Assembly (NCBI RefSeq): GCF_000012285.1
Contig: NC_007181.1
Span: 270,001 to 302,000 of the forward strand
Length of the DNA: 32,000 bases
Source: Sulfolobus acidocaldarius DSM 639
GTDB lineage: Archaea; Thermoproteota; Thermoprotei_A; Sulfolobales; Sulfolobaceae
Direction of reading: 5' to 3'
Shown: positions 18,700-26,923 of the stretch, piece after piece
Layout of the letters: each line of letters begins with the position of its first letter
Numbering within the stretch: position 1 is the stretch's first letter
Notes under the pieces: generated by a model
Told to the model about the DNA's origin: nothing
The model's database searches: none
What the model saw: the letters and a program-made list of their open reading frames with translations, nothing else
Made by a program: the position numbers and the translations under genes

Positions 18700-20034
18700 A
18701 TGGAATATGATGTAGTGGTAGTAGGAGGAGGAACTGCAGGATATATTGCAGGAAGTATATTAGCAAGGAAAGGTAAAAAGGTACTGGTAACGGAGAGGGA
18801 AAGATTTGGAGGAGTTTGCGTAAATTACGGCTGTGTCCCAAGTATATTTTTTTATGATGTAACCTATTTTCTAAACAGAGGAAAGGAAATAGGAAATTAT
18901 CTTGGTATCGAGATAGAGACAAAGGAAAGCAAAAGATTTTTCCTAAGGAGAGACGAGCTTGTTTCTTACCTATCAGACGCAGGTAAAAGGCTGATAGAAA
19001 ATGCAGGTGGAGACACTGAGATTGGTGAAACAAGGATATTAACAAATAATAGGGTTAAAGTAAATGGTAAGGAAATTGACTTTAAGAGAATAATTATAGC
19101 CTCTGGTACAAAACCATTGAAACCTGAAATACAGGGTATAGAGAATGCAATAAGTGAAGATGAAGCAGTCAGACTGAACTATATACCTAGTTCTGTAGTT
19201 ATAATTGGTGGAGGATTTGCAGGCATAGAGTTAGCCCAATACTTTTCTCGACTAAACTCGAATGTCACATTAATCACCAGAGGAAAAATCCTCAGGACAT
19301 TTCCTGAAGATGCAGTTAACTTTTTGAGACAGTCTTTAGAATTTGACGGTGTAAAGTTAATTGAAAACACAAGAGTCACTAATATCTCGAAAAGGATAGT
19401 TGAAACAAATAAGGGAAATTTTGAGGGAGAAGTTGTAGTGTATGCGACGGGGAGAGAACCAGATTTACCAAAGGGAATTGAGAATATTAAAGTAATCACA
19501 GGTAAAAACGGAGTAATAACCAATGAAAGGCTTAGGGCTGGAGAAAATGTTTATGCAGTAGGAGACGTGGTAGATAAAGCGAATAAGACTGCGCATTCAG
19601 CCATGCTTGATGCCATCATATGCTCTATGGATATTCTTGGTATAGCTCATGCTAACGTAAAAGGTATTAAAATACCCAGAGTGCTTTACACAGACCCTCA
19701 AATAGGTGTCATAGGTGATATAAATGACGCAGTGAAGTTCGGATATTTCCCATTTAATGCATCAACCAGAGCGATAATTAGTGGAAACAGAGAAGGATAT
19801 GTGAAGATAGGAATAAACGAGAAAAATGAGATAGTTTTTGGGGAGGTCATTGGAGAAAAGGCAGAGGAGTTGATAAATATATTAACGTTGGCTGTGAACA
19901 GTAAAATGACCGTGGAACAACTTTCACTAATTCCCTTCGTTCATCCTTCTTTATCTGAAGCCATATTAAATTCAGCAAAGAGTTTTTTTGACCTAGACGT
20001 TGATAGATATAAGGAGAATAATGACTTTAAATGA
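18700..20034 (+). CDS. lpd: Dihydrolipoamide dehydrogenase-like pyridine nucleotide-disulfide oxidoreductase
   Basis: 444 aa; VVVVGGGTAGYIAG, redox-active GGVCVNYGCVPS, VVIIGGGFAGIELAQYFSRL, VYAVGDVVDKANKTAHSAMLDA, C-terminal FVHPSLSEA. Confidence 0.9.
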   Translation: MEYDVVVVGGGTAGYIAGSILARKGKKVLVTERERFGGVCVNYGCVPSIFFYDVTYFLNRGKEIGNYLGIEIETKESKRFFLRRDELVSYLSDAGKRLIENAGGDTEIGETRILTNNRVKVNGKEIDFKRIIIASGTKPLKPEIQGIENAISEDEAVRLNYIPSSVVIIGGGFAGIELAQYFSRLNSNVTLITRGKILRTFPEDAVNFLRQSLEFDGVKLIENTRVTNISKRIVETNKGNFEGEVVVYATGREPDLPKGIENIKVITGKNGVITNERLRAGENVYAVGDVVDKANKTAHSAMLDAIICSMDILGIAHANVKGIKIPRVLYTDPQIGVIGDINDAVKFGYFPFNASTRAIISGNREGYVKIGINEKNEIVFGEVIGEKAEELINILTLAVNSKMTVEQLSLIPFVHPSLSEAILNSAKSFFDLDVDRYKENNDFK

Positions 20035-20362
20035 TTATATTAGAAAAAGAGGGCTCTCATTAGTCACAGACGGTAACACAAAGAAGATCCTTCTTGACGA
20101 TTATGAAATAAGAATAGAAGAGAGAAGAGTTATATTGCCTATACCCTTACCAACTGGAAAAGAGACTCTAGACGATCTCTTATCCATGGGAATAAAATAC
20201 GCTAGAGCCTCAAGAATATCTCAATTACTAGGCTCACCTTTGGAGTACTCAATTGAAGGAAATACTGTGTTTGTCATAAAGAAGTTTGAAAGCGAGAAGA
20301 GTCTTGAAGATTCACTTATTAAGGCATTAGACGGAATAGAGGGATTGAGGTACTTCTTATGA
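20021..20362 (+). CDS. Small conserved-looking protein of unknown function coupled to lpd and a Trx-fold gene
   Basis: 113 aa from the internal ATG (MTLNDYIRKRGLSLV...). Overlaps the lpd stop and the downstream gene start (4 nt); no cofactor motif. Confidence 0.7.
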   Translation: MTLNDYIRKRGLSLVTDGNTKKILLDDYEIRIEERRVILPIPLPTGKETLDDLLSMGIKYARASRISQLLGSPLEYSIEGNTVFVIKKFESEKSLEDSLIKALDGIEGLRYFL

Positions 20363-20910
20363 GTTACGATAATATAATTAGAGAATACACAAGGGCAATT
20401 AAATCAAATATCACAATATATTATTGTGACGGAGAGGAGTTAATCAACTATCTGAAGGATGTGGTAGTAACTAAGCAATTGGAGGAGTGCCAAAAGCCTC
20501 TCATTAAGGTTCAAAAGGACAATAGAACATACTTTACTTATTATGGTATACCCACCGCCAATGAGTTATGGCCCTTTTTAAATGCACTAGCGAGAATATC
20601 TAATGATATAGTTCAACTCGACCAAAAGGAGATTGAATTAGCAAAAGGGATTAGAGGAAATATTAAACTATTTGTAACTCCAGATTGTACTAAATGCCCA
20701 ATAACCGCAGAATTTCTTTACCAGTTAGTTCAGATTAATCCAGACGTAACCCTAGAGATCTTTGACGTAACCGAGTATGAATACGAGAAGGAAAAATACA
20801 GGGTCTTAAGTGTACCAAAGATTGTATTCAACGAGAGGACTGAGATTCCTGGAGGGTTTCCTAGTACTATCATCCTCAAGATGATGATAAAAGCTCTTGA
20901 GAAGACATAA
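20359..20910 (+). CDS. Protein disulfide oxidoreductase-like / glutaredoxin-like, double thioredoxin fold
   Basis: 183 aa; YYGIPTANELWPFLNALARIS and NIKLFVTPDCTKCPITAEFLYQL, VLSVPKIVFNE as in archaeal PDO; C-terminal CTKC only. Confidence 0.75.
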   Translation: MSYDNIIREYTRAIKSNITIYYCDGEELINYLKDVVVTKQLEECQKPLIKVQKDNRTYFTYYGIPTANELWPFLNALARISNDIVQLDQKEIELAKGIRGNIKLFVTPDCTKCPITAEFLYQLVQINPDVTLEIFDVTEYEYEKEKYRVLSVPKIVFNERTEIPGGFPSTIILKMMIKALEKT

Positions 20911-21247
20911 CCCTTACCCCAAGATCTAACGCTTTCTTTTTAACGTCATCATTATCAGTTACAAGAAGGGCATTTAGCTCTACAGCAACCATTATCGCCT
21001 CGGACTCATAATCTGGTATACCTTCAATCTTAGGTGGTTTATGTGAAAAGGATCTCACTATTGCACCGTTATCCAATGCAATGTCTATGTTTACATGATT
21101 TCTCAACGCAAATGAAACTCCTAAAGTAGTGATTATTAGTTTATTTTCCCTGCCAAGGGACTTAAGGATTTCTTCTAATTTCTGAAAGGAGCTAGGTGAT
21201 ATAACTACATACATATATACTATATTCTCTAAGTGGGATTTATACAT
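20876..21247 (-). CDS. PIN-like domain protein
   Basis: 123 aa; DYESEAIMVAVELNALLVTDNDDVKKKALDLGVRVMS as in PIN C-terminal halves; the first acidic residue is not obvious. Confidence 0.55.
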   Translation of the reverse strand: MYKSHLENIVYMYVVISPSSFQKLEEILKSLGRENKLIITTLGVSFALRNHVNIDIALDNGAIVRSFSHKPPKIEGIPDYESEAIMVAVELNALLVTDNDDVKKKALDLGVRVMSSQELLSSS

Positions 21248-21258
21248 TCACTACCTAT

Positions 21259-22092
21259 TTAGTGATTAAAACCTTTAAGAATTACACTTCGCAAGTCTAT
21301 TAAGTCTCCCTCTTCCATCGCTGTTGACGAAAAGAACCTAATATAGGGGAATCCTCCGTAAGATAGTACCACCTCCATGAACGCTTTCCCACAGATTGGT
21401 TTATTTTCCAAAACCTTGAATGACGAATCAAATTCCCAATTTCTTATAAGTCCTCTTTTACCCTCAAAAATAGCGTAATTCTTCCTTTTCCTGTAAATTT
21501 TACCTAGATGTATACCGAAAAGCGATATTGGTTCTTTATAACCACCTATAAGACCACCGTAACAAGCATATGGAATACTGGCATTAAGCAGACCGCCACA
21601 GCATCCCAATCCTCTAAATTTTCCTGCCTGGGCATAATCCTCTATCATAACGTCAAAATAATCTCTAGTCTTAACCTTTATAATTCCTCTTAATGACTCC
21701 CTATACATACTTATTTTAGGGAATGAAATTCTAACGCCCTCGATATGAGCATGAGGAAAATCTCCTCCTGTGTAGGGTGTTAGAATAAATTCGCCTAAAG
21801 GTTGACCCTCTTTCACATATTCTCCCTTTTCTGTGAAGGGTCTTACGTGAAGGATTTTAACCATGTTACCATTGCTTTGCCTTATAAGTATCACGTAATC
21901 ATAGTCCACTTCAGCAAACCTGTTTGGTCTTCCAACTCTAATTTTCTCTGTATCTATCACTTCTCCTTCCACAGGAGAGTAGAAGGTGTGAAAATCTGGA
22001 GAAGAGACATCAATAGCTTTGGCTCTCACATGGGATGGAAAACCGCTAGAGAAAAAACTGACTAGTGAACCAGTAGGAATATACATGGACAT
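21259..22092 (-). CDS. Uncharacterised protein with degenerate M23-peptidase/hybrid-barrel-like N-terminus and Cys-containing C-terminus, last gene of the lipoate-assembly operon
   Basis: 277 aa; AKAIDVSSPDFHTFYSPVEGEVI ... ILHVRPFTEKGEYVKEGQPLGEF ... GGDFPHAHIEGVR; RGLGCCGG, PYACYGG, KPICGK. Starts immediately after the radical-SAM stop codon. Confidence 0.75.
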   Translation of the reverse strand: MSMYIPTGSLVSFFSSGFPSHVRAKAIDVSSPDFHTFYSPVEGEVIDTEKIRVGRPNRFAEVDYDYVILIRQSNGNMVKILHVRPFTEKGEYVKEGQPLGEFILTPYTGGDFPHAHIEGVRISFPKISMYRESLRGIIKVKTRDYFDVMIEDYAQAGKFRGLGCCGGLLNASIPYACYGGLIGGYKEPISLFGIHLGKIYRKRKNYAIFEGKRGLIRNWEFDSSFKVLENKPICGKAFMEVVLSYGGFPYIRFFSSTAMEEGDLIDLRSVILKGFNH

Positions 22093-23148
22093 CTAATTCA
22101 ACAATTTTTTGATTAGGACCTCTAGCTTACTCTGTTTTATTGCCTTTCTAGTGACTTCAAGGTCAGGATATAGTGGAATATTCTTCAGTACACCACCAGG
22201 TCTTTCATTTGAGTAAGGTCTGTTACAACCTGGACAACCACTGGTCATAAATGCGGGAGCTAACTCCTCAACAGTGAGATCACTAGGAATTTCTATATCC
22301 ACTAGCTTACCTTCCTCATTAAATTTAAATGAGTCATATTTCACTAAATCATTCTCTATAAGCCATCTGGAAACTTGCATCCTTCGATAAACGTCTATTG
22401 GTACTGGTTTTCTCTTTTCCATAGGAGTACCACTTTCAGGATAAAATGCGAACAGTGATATTTTGGCTCCTCTGGAATGGGCGTACCACATAAGATGTAT
22501 AGCATCCCTTTCAGTTTCTCCTAAACCTACAATCAAGTGAATACCAGCGTTCTTCTTGCCAAAAACCTCTACAGCCTCATCTATTGCCTGAATGTATCTA
22601 TCCCATGAATGCATGCTCCTAACCAGTTTCCCCCTAACCTGGTCAAAAAGTTCCTTATTAGCTGCATCAATTGCCACATCTATCATATTAGCTCCAGCCC
22701 TCTTCATTTCAATCATATGCCTCTTATACGTATAAGTTGCTGTAACTAGTTCTGATATCTGTAATTCTATTCCAGCCTCTCTAATTCTCCTTGTAATCTC
22801 TATGGCATCAGGAGAAGCTCTAGGATGAGCCAACTGACCTACACATATTCTTTGAAGACCGTATCTAATGTCGCCTTGTCTATCCTTTATTCTCTTGATG
22901 ACCTCATCTAAAGGTCTCAAAGGCCATTCTACCCTTATCAATGTCTTACACTCTGGACCCTGTGCGACCTCCCTTGCTTGTCCACAGTAAGAGCAATTTG
23001 CCTTACAACCGTCTGGATAGTATTGGAGTAGGTTAATGGTTGTATTTAGAACGTTGTTAAAAAATACTCCCGGAGAGAATCCTAGGACTATGTCTGCACC
23101 GAAGCTTAATCTCACCCAATCAGGACTTGAAACTAAACGAAGAGTCAT
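22093..23148 (-). CDS. lipS1: Radical SAM protein, LipS1-like lipoyl synthase component (biotin-synthase-like)
   Basis: CKANCSYCGQAREV radical-SAM cluster; LQICVGQLAHPRA; HLIVGLGETERDAI; C-terminal TSGCPGCNRPY. Start chosen at MTLRLVSSPDW because it gives an ATGA overlap with the upstream gene. Confidence 0.82.
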   Translation of the reverse strand: MTLRLVSSPDWVRLSFGADIVLGFSPGVFFNNVLNTTINLLQYYPDGCKANCSYCGQAREVAQGPECKTLIRVEWPLRPLDEVIKRIKDRQGDIRYGLQRICVGQLAHPRASPDAIEITRRIREAGIELQISELVTATYTYKRHMIEMKRAGANMIDVAIDAANKELFDQVRGKLVRSMHSWDRYIQAIDEAVEVFGKKNAGIHLIVGLGETERDAIHLMWYAHSRGAKISLFAFYPESGTPMEKRKPVPIDVYRRMQVSRWLIENDLVKYDSFKFNEEGKLVDIEIPSDLTVEELAPAFMTSGCPGCNRPYSNERPGGVLKNIPLYPDLEVTRKAIKQSKLEVLIKKLLN

Positions 23149-24050
23149 GAAACACCACCTGAAATTATATCGAGAACAACATTTCCGCAACAGGCATTAC
23201 TAAGAAAAACTTTTCTCTTTGACATTGCATACTCATATGTTTCCTCCTCAGGGAATGCGATTGCATCTATATCGTAGTCCACAGCAAACGTCTCCACCTT
23301 TACATAATCTTTACCTCGCGGTCGTGCACAGCCCAGGTTTATAGGTATATTACTAAATGTATCCCTAGCAAATCTTAGGGCAGTAATGAGTTCCTCAGGA
23401 GATGGCTGGTTTCCATTGTACATGGGTGTCCCAAGTAATGGCATTAACCCAACAATAATTATGGCGTCCGGTTCAACCTCTTTTAGTAATCTTATAGCCT
23501 CTAAATCACCTTTGATACCTTTTGTACTTAGACCAACTATGACATGAGGCACTATCTTAATTCCAGCCTGTTTAAGATATTTAAAGGAGTTCAGATAATC
23601 GTCTACCGTAAATGGTTGCCTCAGAACTTCTTTAATAGTTGTGTTATCTGAGACCATATCAAGTAAAGCCACCTTAACACCAGCTTCCTTGAGCTTAACT
23701 GCTATATCTTGGCTCCTTACCACCCCGGTATGGGCTATGATTGTAAGCTTATCCGCGTACTTGGAAATAACGTGTCCGTATTTCCATAAAGGAACGTCTC
23801 CTCTGATCGTAGAGCCACCTGAGAGTATTATCCCCTTATCTCCTGCCTTAACAGCTCTTTCTAGTTCCCTTGTGAGCTTCTCTTCACTAGACCCATCTAT
23901 CATAGTCTCTAAAACCCTTCTACCACAATGTTTACAATTAAAGGCACAATATTTACCTGTGACAGAAATGGACTTCCATCCATTACTAGAAGAGATAAAA
24001 TCAGTCTCATACCTTTTCAAATTAGGAGCGTAAATAAACAGTGGTCTCAT
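23145..24050 (-). CDS. lipS2: Radical SAM protein, LipS2-like lipoyl synthase component
   Basis: GKYCAFNCKHCGRRVLETM radical-SAM cluster; start moved to MRPLFIYAPNLK (ATGA overlap 24047-24050); C-terminal FLSNACCGNVV. Confidence 0.82.
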   Translation of the reverse strand: MRPLFIYAPNLKRYETDFISSSNGWKSISVTGKYCAFNCKHCGRRVLETMIDGSSEEKLTRELERAVKAGDKGIILSGGSTIRGDVPLWKYGHVISKYADKLTIIAHTGVVRSQDIAVKLKEAGVKVALLDMVSDNTTIKEVLRQPFTVDDYLNSFKYLKQAGIKIVPHVIVGLSTKGIKGDLEAIRLLKEVEPDAIIIVGLMPLLGTPMYNGNQPSPEELITALRFARDTFSNIPINLGCARPRGKDYVKVETFAVDYDIDAIAFPEEETYEYAMSKRKVFLSNACCGNVVLDIISGGVS

Positions 24051-25081
24051 TTTAACGCCTCCTTCATTAAGTTTATTAGATCTTCTTGCGTAATCCCCAA
24101 TATCTTTACATTCTTGTACCATTCCTTGATCTCATTATCTATATCCTCTACTCTACTCCATTTCAGCCTTGCCTCTAAGTCATAGATTGCAGTCCTAGGT
24201 TCCACAAAGAAGTCTCCTGTAATAAGCACAGACTGAATTAGATTCTCTCCAGCCAATTTAATCTGCACTTTTACTAGACCTCCAGGGAGCTTCCTTTCTA
24301 AATACCTAATGTTGTCACCCTCTAACGGCTTTCTCATACCGAATATCCACTCAGGGGATGAGTACTTCCTAGCCAACCTATTTATGGTCTCAGTTTCTTC
24401 CTTATGGTAAGTAGATTCTTTTAACTCAACTCCCAAGGCTTCAGAAAATCCCTCCTTGGCTATTTTTATTAAGTCCACCATATCTATACTAGAAGTTAAC
24501 TCCTTGTTAATCCATGTTAATCTGTCCTTAAAGTCCTTAGACAGTTTATCCTTTAATTTCTCAGATGTCAACTTAAGCACTGATACCATTGCATCGACAT
24601 CAAAGTCTAAGAGAATTGTACCAGTGACACCCATATATCTTCCCTCCGAGAATGCACCTATCCCAGATATTTTTCTCCCTTTAATTTCTACATCATTTTT
24701 TGGTCTGAAATTTGCACTTATACCTAATTTTCCCAGTGTCCTTATTACACCCTCTGCACCTAGTCTCATGGCATTATCTGGAGTCTCTCCCAGGAGACTT
24801 TTGTCTGCATAAATTTCCCATCCTAATTGCCACGGTCCCATTATTATAGTCCCGCCTCCTGTGGGTCTCCTACCAACATCCCAATTCTTACGGCGCACTT
24901 CCTCTAGATTTACCTCCTGCTCAACTGTTTGATGATATCCTATTAGGACAGCTGGAGGGTCAAATATGACGAACCTGAGCACAGGACTACTTCCAGAGGC
25001 TACAGATAACAGAAGTGCTTCCTCGCCTGCAAGAATATAGTCTTGACTATTTCTTTCGACAATAAATCTGAATTCTCTCAT
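24047..25081 (-). CDS. Lipoate-protein ligase-like enzyme (sLpl(AB)-type)
   Basis: 344 aa; VGRRPTGGGTIIM, NDVEIKGRKISGIGAFSEG; clustered with radical-SAM and lbpA genes. Confidence 0.85.
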   Translation of the reverse strand: MREFRFIVERNSQDYILAGEEALLLSVASGSSPVLRFVIFDPPAVLIGYHQTVEQEVNLEEVRRKNWDVGRRPTGGGTIIMGPWQLGWEIYADKSLLGETPDNAMRLGAEGVIRTLGKLGISANFRPKNDVEIKGRKISGIGAFSEGRYMGVTGTILLDFDVDAMVSVLKLTSEKLKDKLSKDFKDRLTWINKELTSSIDMVDLIKIAKEGFSEALGVELKESTYHKEETETINRLARKYSSPEWIFGMRKPLEGDNIRYLERKLPGGLVKVQIKLAGENLIQSVLITGDFFVEPRTAIYDLEARLKWSRVEDIDNEIKEWYKNVKILGITQEDLINLMKEALK

Positions 25082-25234
25082 TAATATTTGCTTTAGTTTA
25101 GTAAATATAAAAATCTATCCTTAAAATCTTTTCAAAAGAAAAAGTAAGTTGTAAGAAATTATTAAGTTTTTAAGAAATGCGGTTTTACACCAAGTTCAGG
25201 TGAAATTATAAGGGGAATTTGAGATAAAAATACC

Positions 25235-25402
25235 ATGAAAGTGGTTTGCCCTGTGTGTAACAGGCTTTTTGAAGCTGAATGCACACCATATAGACAATCT
25301 CACCAAGAAATTTTATACTATTTTGATACTGAAATATGTATGTTAGCGTTCCTTAAGGAACCAGAGAGATTTGTGTATAAGTGCAGAAAAGAGGAAACCT
25401 AG
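25235..25402 (+). CDS. Small YHS-like domain protein, not in the supplied ORF track
   Basis: Manual translation: MKVVCPVCNRLFEAECTPYRQSHQEILYYFDTEICMLAFLKEPERFVYKCRKEET*; CPVC ... YYFDTEIC..AFLKEPERF matches the YHS pattern. Confidence 0.78.
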   Translation: MKVVCPVCNRLFEAECTPYRQSHQEILYYFDTEICMLAFLKEPERFVYKCRKEET

Positions 25403-25432
25403 TAAAAATCAAAGATGCCTAACAGTCATAGA

Positions 25433-25783
25433 TCAGTACCATAAACCCCTCTTCATACTATCTAACTTGGTATATAGAGCTATCTGGAGGTATCTAAATA
25501 CCTCAATTGTAAATTTAACTGCAGTGTCTTCATCATAGGAATTTAATTTAGAAATGAGCTCTGTTATCATCCTACTCATATCGTTCATAGTGGTCTTCTC
25601 CATATCGTATTGGTTCAACTGAAGAATCTCGAGTATTTCGCTTTTAGTCTTAGCCTGTTTTAGCCTTTGATATATCTTGATTACGACTCCCTCTTTCTCT
25701 TTTCCAAAAAGAGCATCTTGAGGATTCCTGAGCCATCTAGCATAGGTAGCTGCTAACCTCTTTGCCTCATTCTCTATGGACAT
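25433..25783 (-). CDS. Hypothetical helical protein
   Basis: 116 aa ORF between operons; no recognised motif. Confidence 0.5.
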   Translation of the reverse strand: MSIENEAKRLAATYARWLRNPQDALFGKEKEGVVIKIYQRLKQAKTKSEILEILQLNQYDMEKTTMNDMSRMITELISKLNSYDEDTAVKFTIEVFRYLQIALYTKLDSMKRGLWY

Positions 25784-25802
25784 GATTTTATTTTCATCAC
25801 AG

Positions 25803-26297
25803 TTAAATAAAAATTTTCAATCTCTTCAACGAGCCTAGTGCGCTTAGCAGGTCATTTGACATAATAAAAGGGGAATATTTAGAGCAATCATAGTATCTGT
25901 TCACACAAACTACTTTTATCCTTGAATCAAAAAACCTGGCTGAAAGTAAATCTAGGGGCGAAGAACCAATCATAACGACGTCTAAGGGATCCCATTCAGT
26001 TATTTTAAATAAGATCTCAAAAGGCTCCTTCGAAGGCTTCGTTTTTCCAGTATTCGAAACTACATACAATGGGCTTACATTTATCCTCTTAAGCAATTCA
26101 TCTGTTGTGACAGAATCGTAGGGGGATAAAACTGCAAGCTTGTCCTTAACTTGTTCGTACAATGTATGCCAGTCCTCATAAACCTCATAAGTTATAGGTA
26201 AGCTCATAGTACGTTCTCCCTTGTAGACTTTGTATAGGTGATCTGTTAGGTCGATCTTCAGTATTACGCCGTCTAACCAAACTGCAAAATGTACCAT
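25803..26297 (-). CDS. Degenerate HAD-like protein
   Basis: 164 aa; VSNTGKTKPSKEPFEILFKITEWDPLDVVMIGSSPLDLLSARFF resembles HAD motifs III/IV, but no DxDxT near the N-terminus (only WLDGV). Confidence 0.55.
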   Translation of the reverse strand: MVHFAVWLDGVILKIDLTDHLYKVYKGERTMSLPITYEVYEDWHTLYEQVKDKLAVLSPYDSVTTDELLKRINVSPLYVVSNTGKTKPSKEPFEILFKITEWDPLDVVMIGSSPLDLLSARFFDSRIKVVCVNRYYDCSKYSPFIMSNDLLSALGSLKRLKIFI

Positions 26298-26304
26298 AGC
26301 TAGG

Positions 26305-26312
26305 TTTATAAA
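26305..26312 (+). promoter_or_regulatory. Putative TATA box of lbpA1
   Basis: tttataaa, 25-32 nt upstream of the ATG at 26337; implies a leaderless transcript. Confidence 0.45.
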
Positions 26313-26324
26313 TTATTTTTATGA

Positions 26325-26332
26325 TTTAAAAA
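26325..26332 (-). promoter_or_regulatory. Putative TATA box of the divergent HAD-like gene
   Basis: Minus strand ttttaaat ~28-35 nt upstream of the start at 26297. Confidence 0.4.
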
Positions 26333-26336
26333 GTGT

Positions 26337-26777
26337 ATGAAAATTTCATTTTTCAATTTCCCAGACGATCTATTGTATGAACCTGAGAGACATGTGTGGA
26401 TTAAGGTCGAGGAAAATAAGGTTGTAAGTGTGGGCATGACCGATCTAGGGCAGTACCTTGCAGGAAAGATATTCCAAGTGTCTGTCCCTAGAAGGGTAGG
26501 AGAAAGGGTCAACAATAGAACCATACTGTTCTCAGTAGAAAGTGCAAAGTGGATAGGAAAAATAAGATTGCAAATAGAAGGTGAGGTGGTAGATATTAAT
26601 GAACGGGTTATAAAAAACCCATCAATAATTAATGAAGATCCATATGGAAGTTGGATTATTAAAGTCTCAGTTACTGACGTAGATCTTGTTAAGAGAGCAT
26701 TTAAGAACATACAAGATTGTAGAAGCCAATTTGAGGAGGAAGCAAATAGGATTGTGTCATGGAAAAATAGTTCCTGA
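26337..26777 (+). CDS. lbpA: Lipoate-binding protein, GcvH-like (LbpA copy 1)
   Basis: 146 aa; RHVWIKVEENKVVSVGMTDLGQYLAGKI...SVESAKWIGKIRLQIEGEVVDINERVIKNPSIINEDPYGSWI with lipoylatable Lys in ESAK. Confidence 0.88.
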   Translation: MKISFFNFPDDLLYEPERHVWIKVEENKVVSVGMTDLGQYLAGKIFQVSVPRRVGERVNNRTILFSVESAKWIGKIRLQIEGEVVDINERVIKNPSIINEDPYGSWIIKVSVTDVDLVKRAFKNIQDCRSQFEEEANRIVSWKNSS

Positions 26778-26892
26778 AGAGAGTCCTCAGAGTCCATTTA
26801 GTTTAGCTGGTAGAATACAGATTTATGTTGATGCAGATAATATAATAAAATAAAAAAGCCATTCATATTTTCTTTAAGGTAAATTTTATTTA

Positions 26893-26900
26893 TTTAAATT
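26893..26900 (+). promoter_or_regulatory. Putative TATA box of the lbpA2-ligase pair
   Basis: tttaaatt about 24-31 nt upstream of the ATG at 26924 (leaderless spacing). Confidence 0.4.
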
Positions 26901-26923
26901 TAGAGATATAGTATAGACCTATT

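Noticed and set aside
18357-19523. Minus ORFs over dsrE3A and lpd (18357-18701, 18698-19045, 19179-19523)
   Set aside because: Antisense shadows of motif-bearing genes.
21508-24812. + ORFs over the lipoate-assembly operon (21508-21693, 21802-22065, 23641-24033, 23928-24185, 24456-24812)
   Set aside because: Antisense to well-supported radical-SAM/ligase genes.
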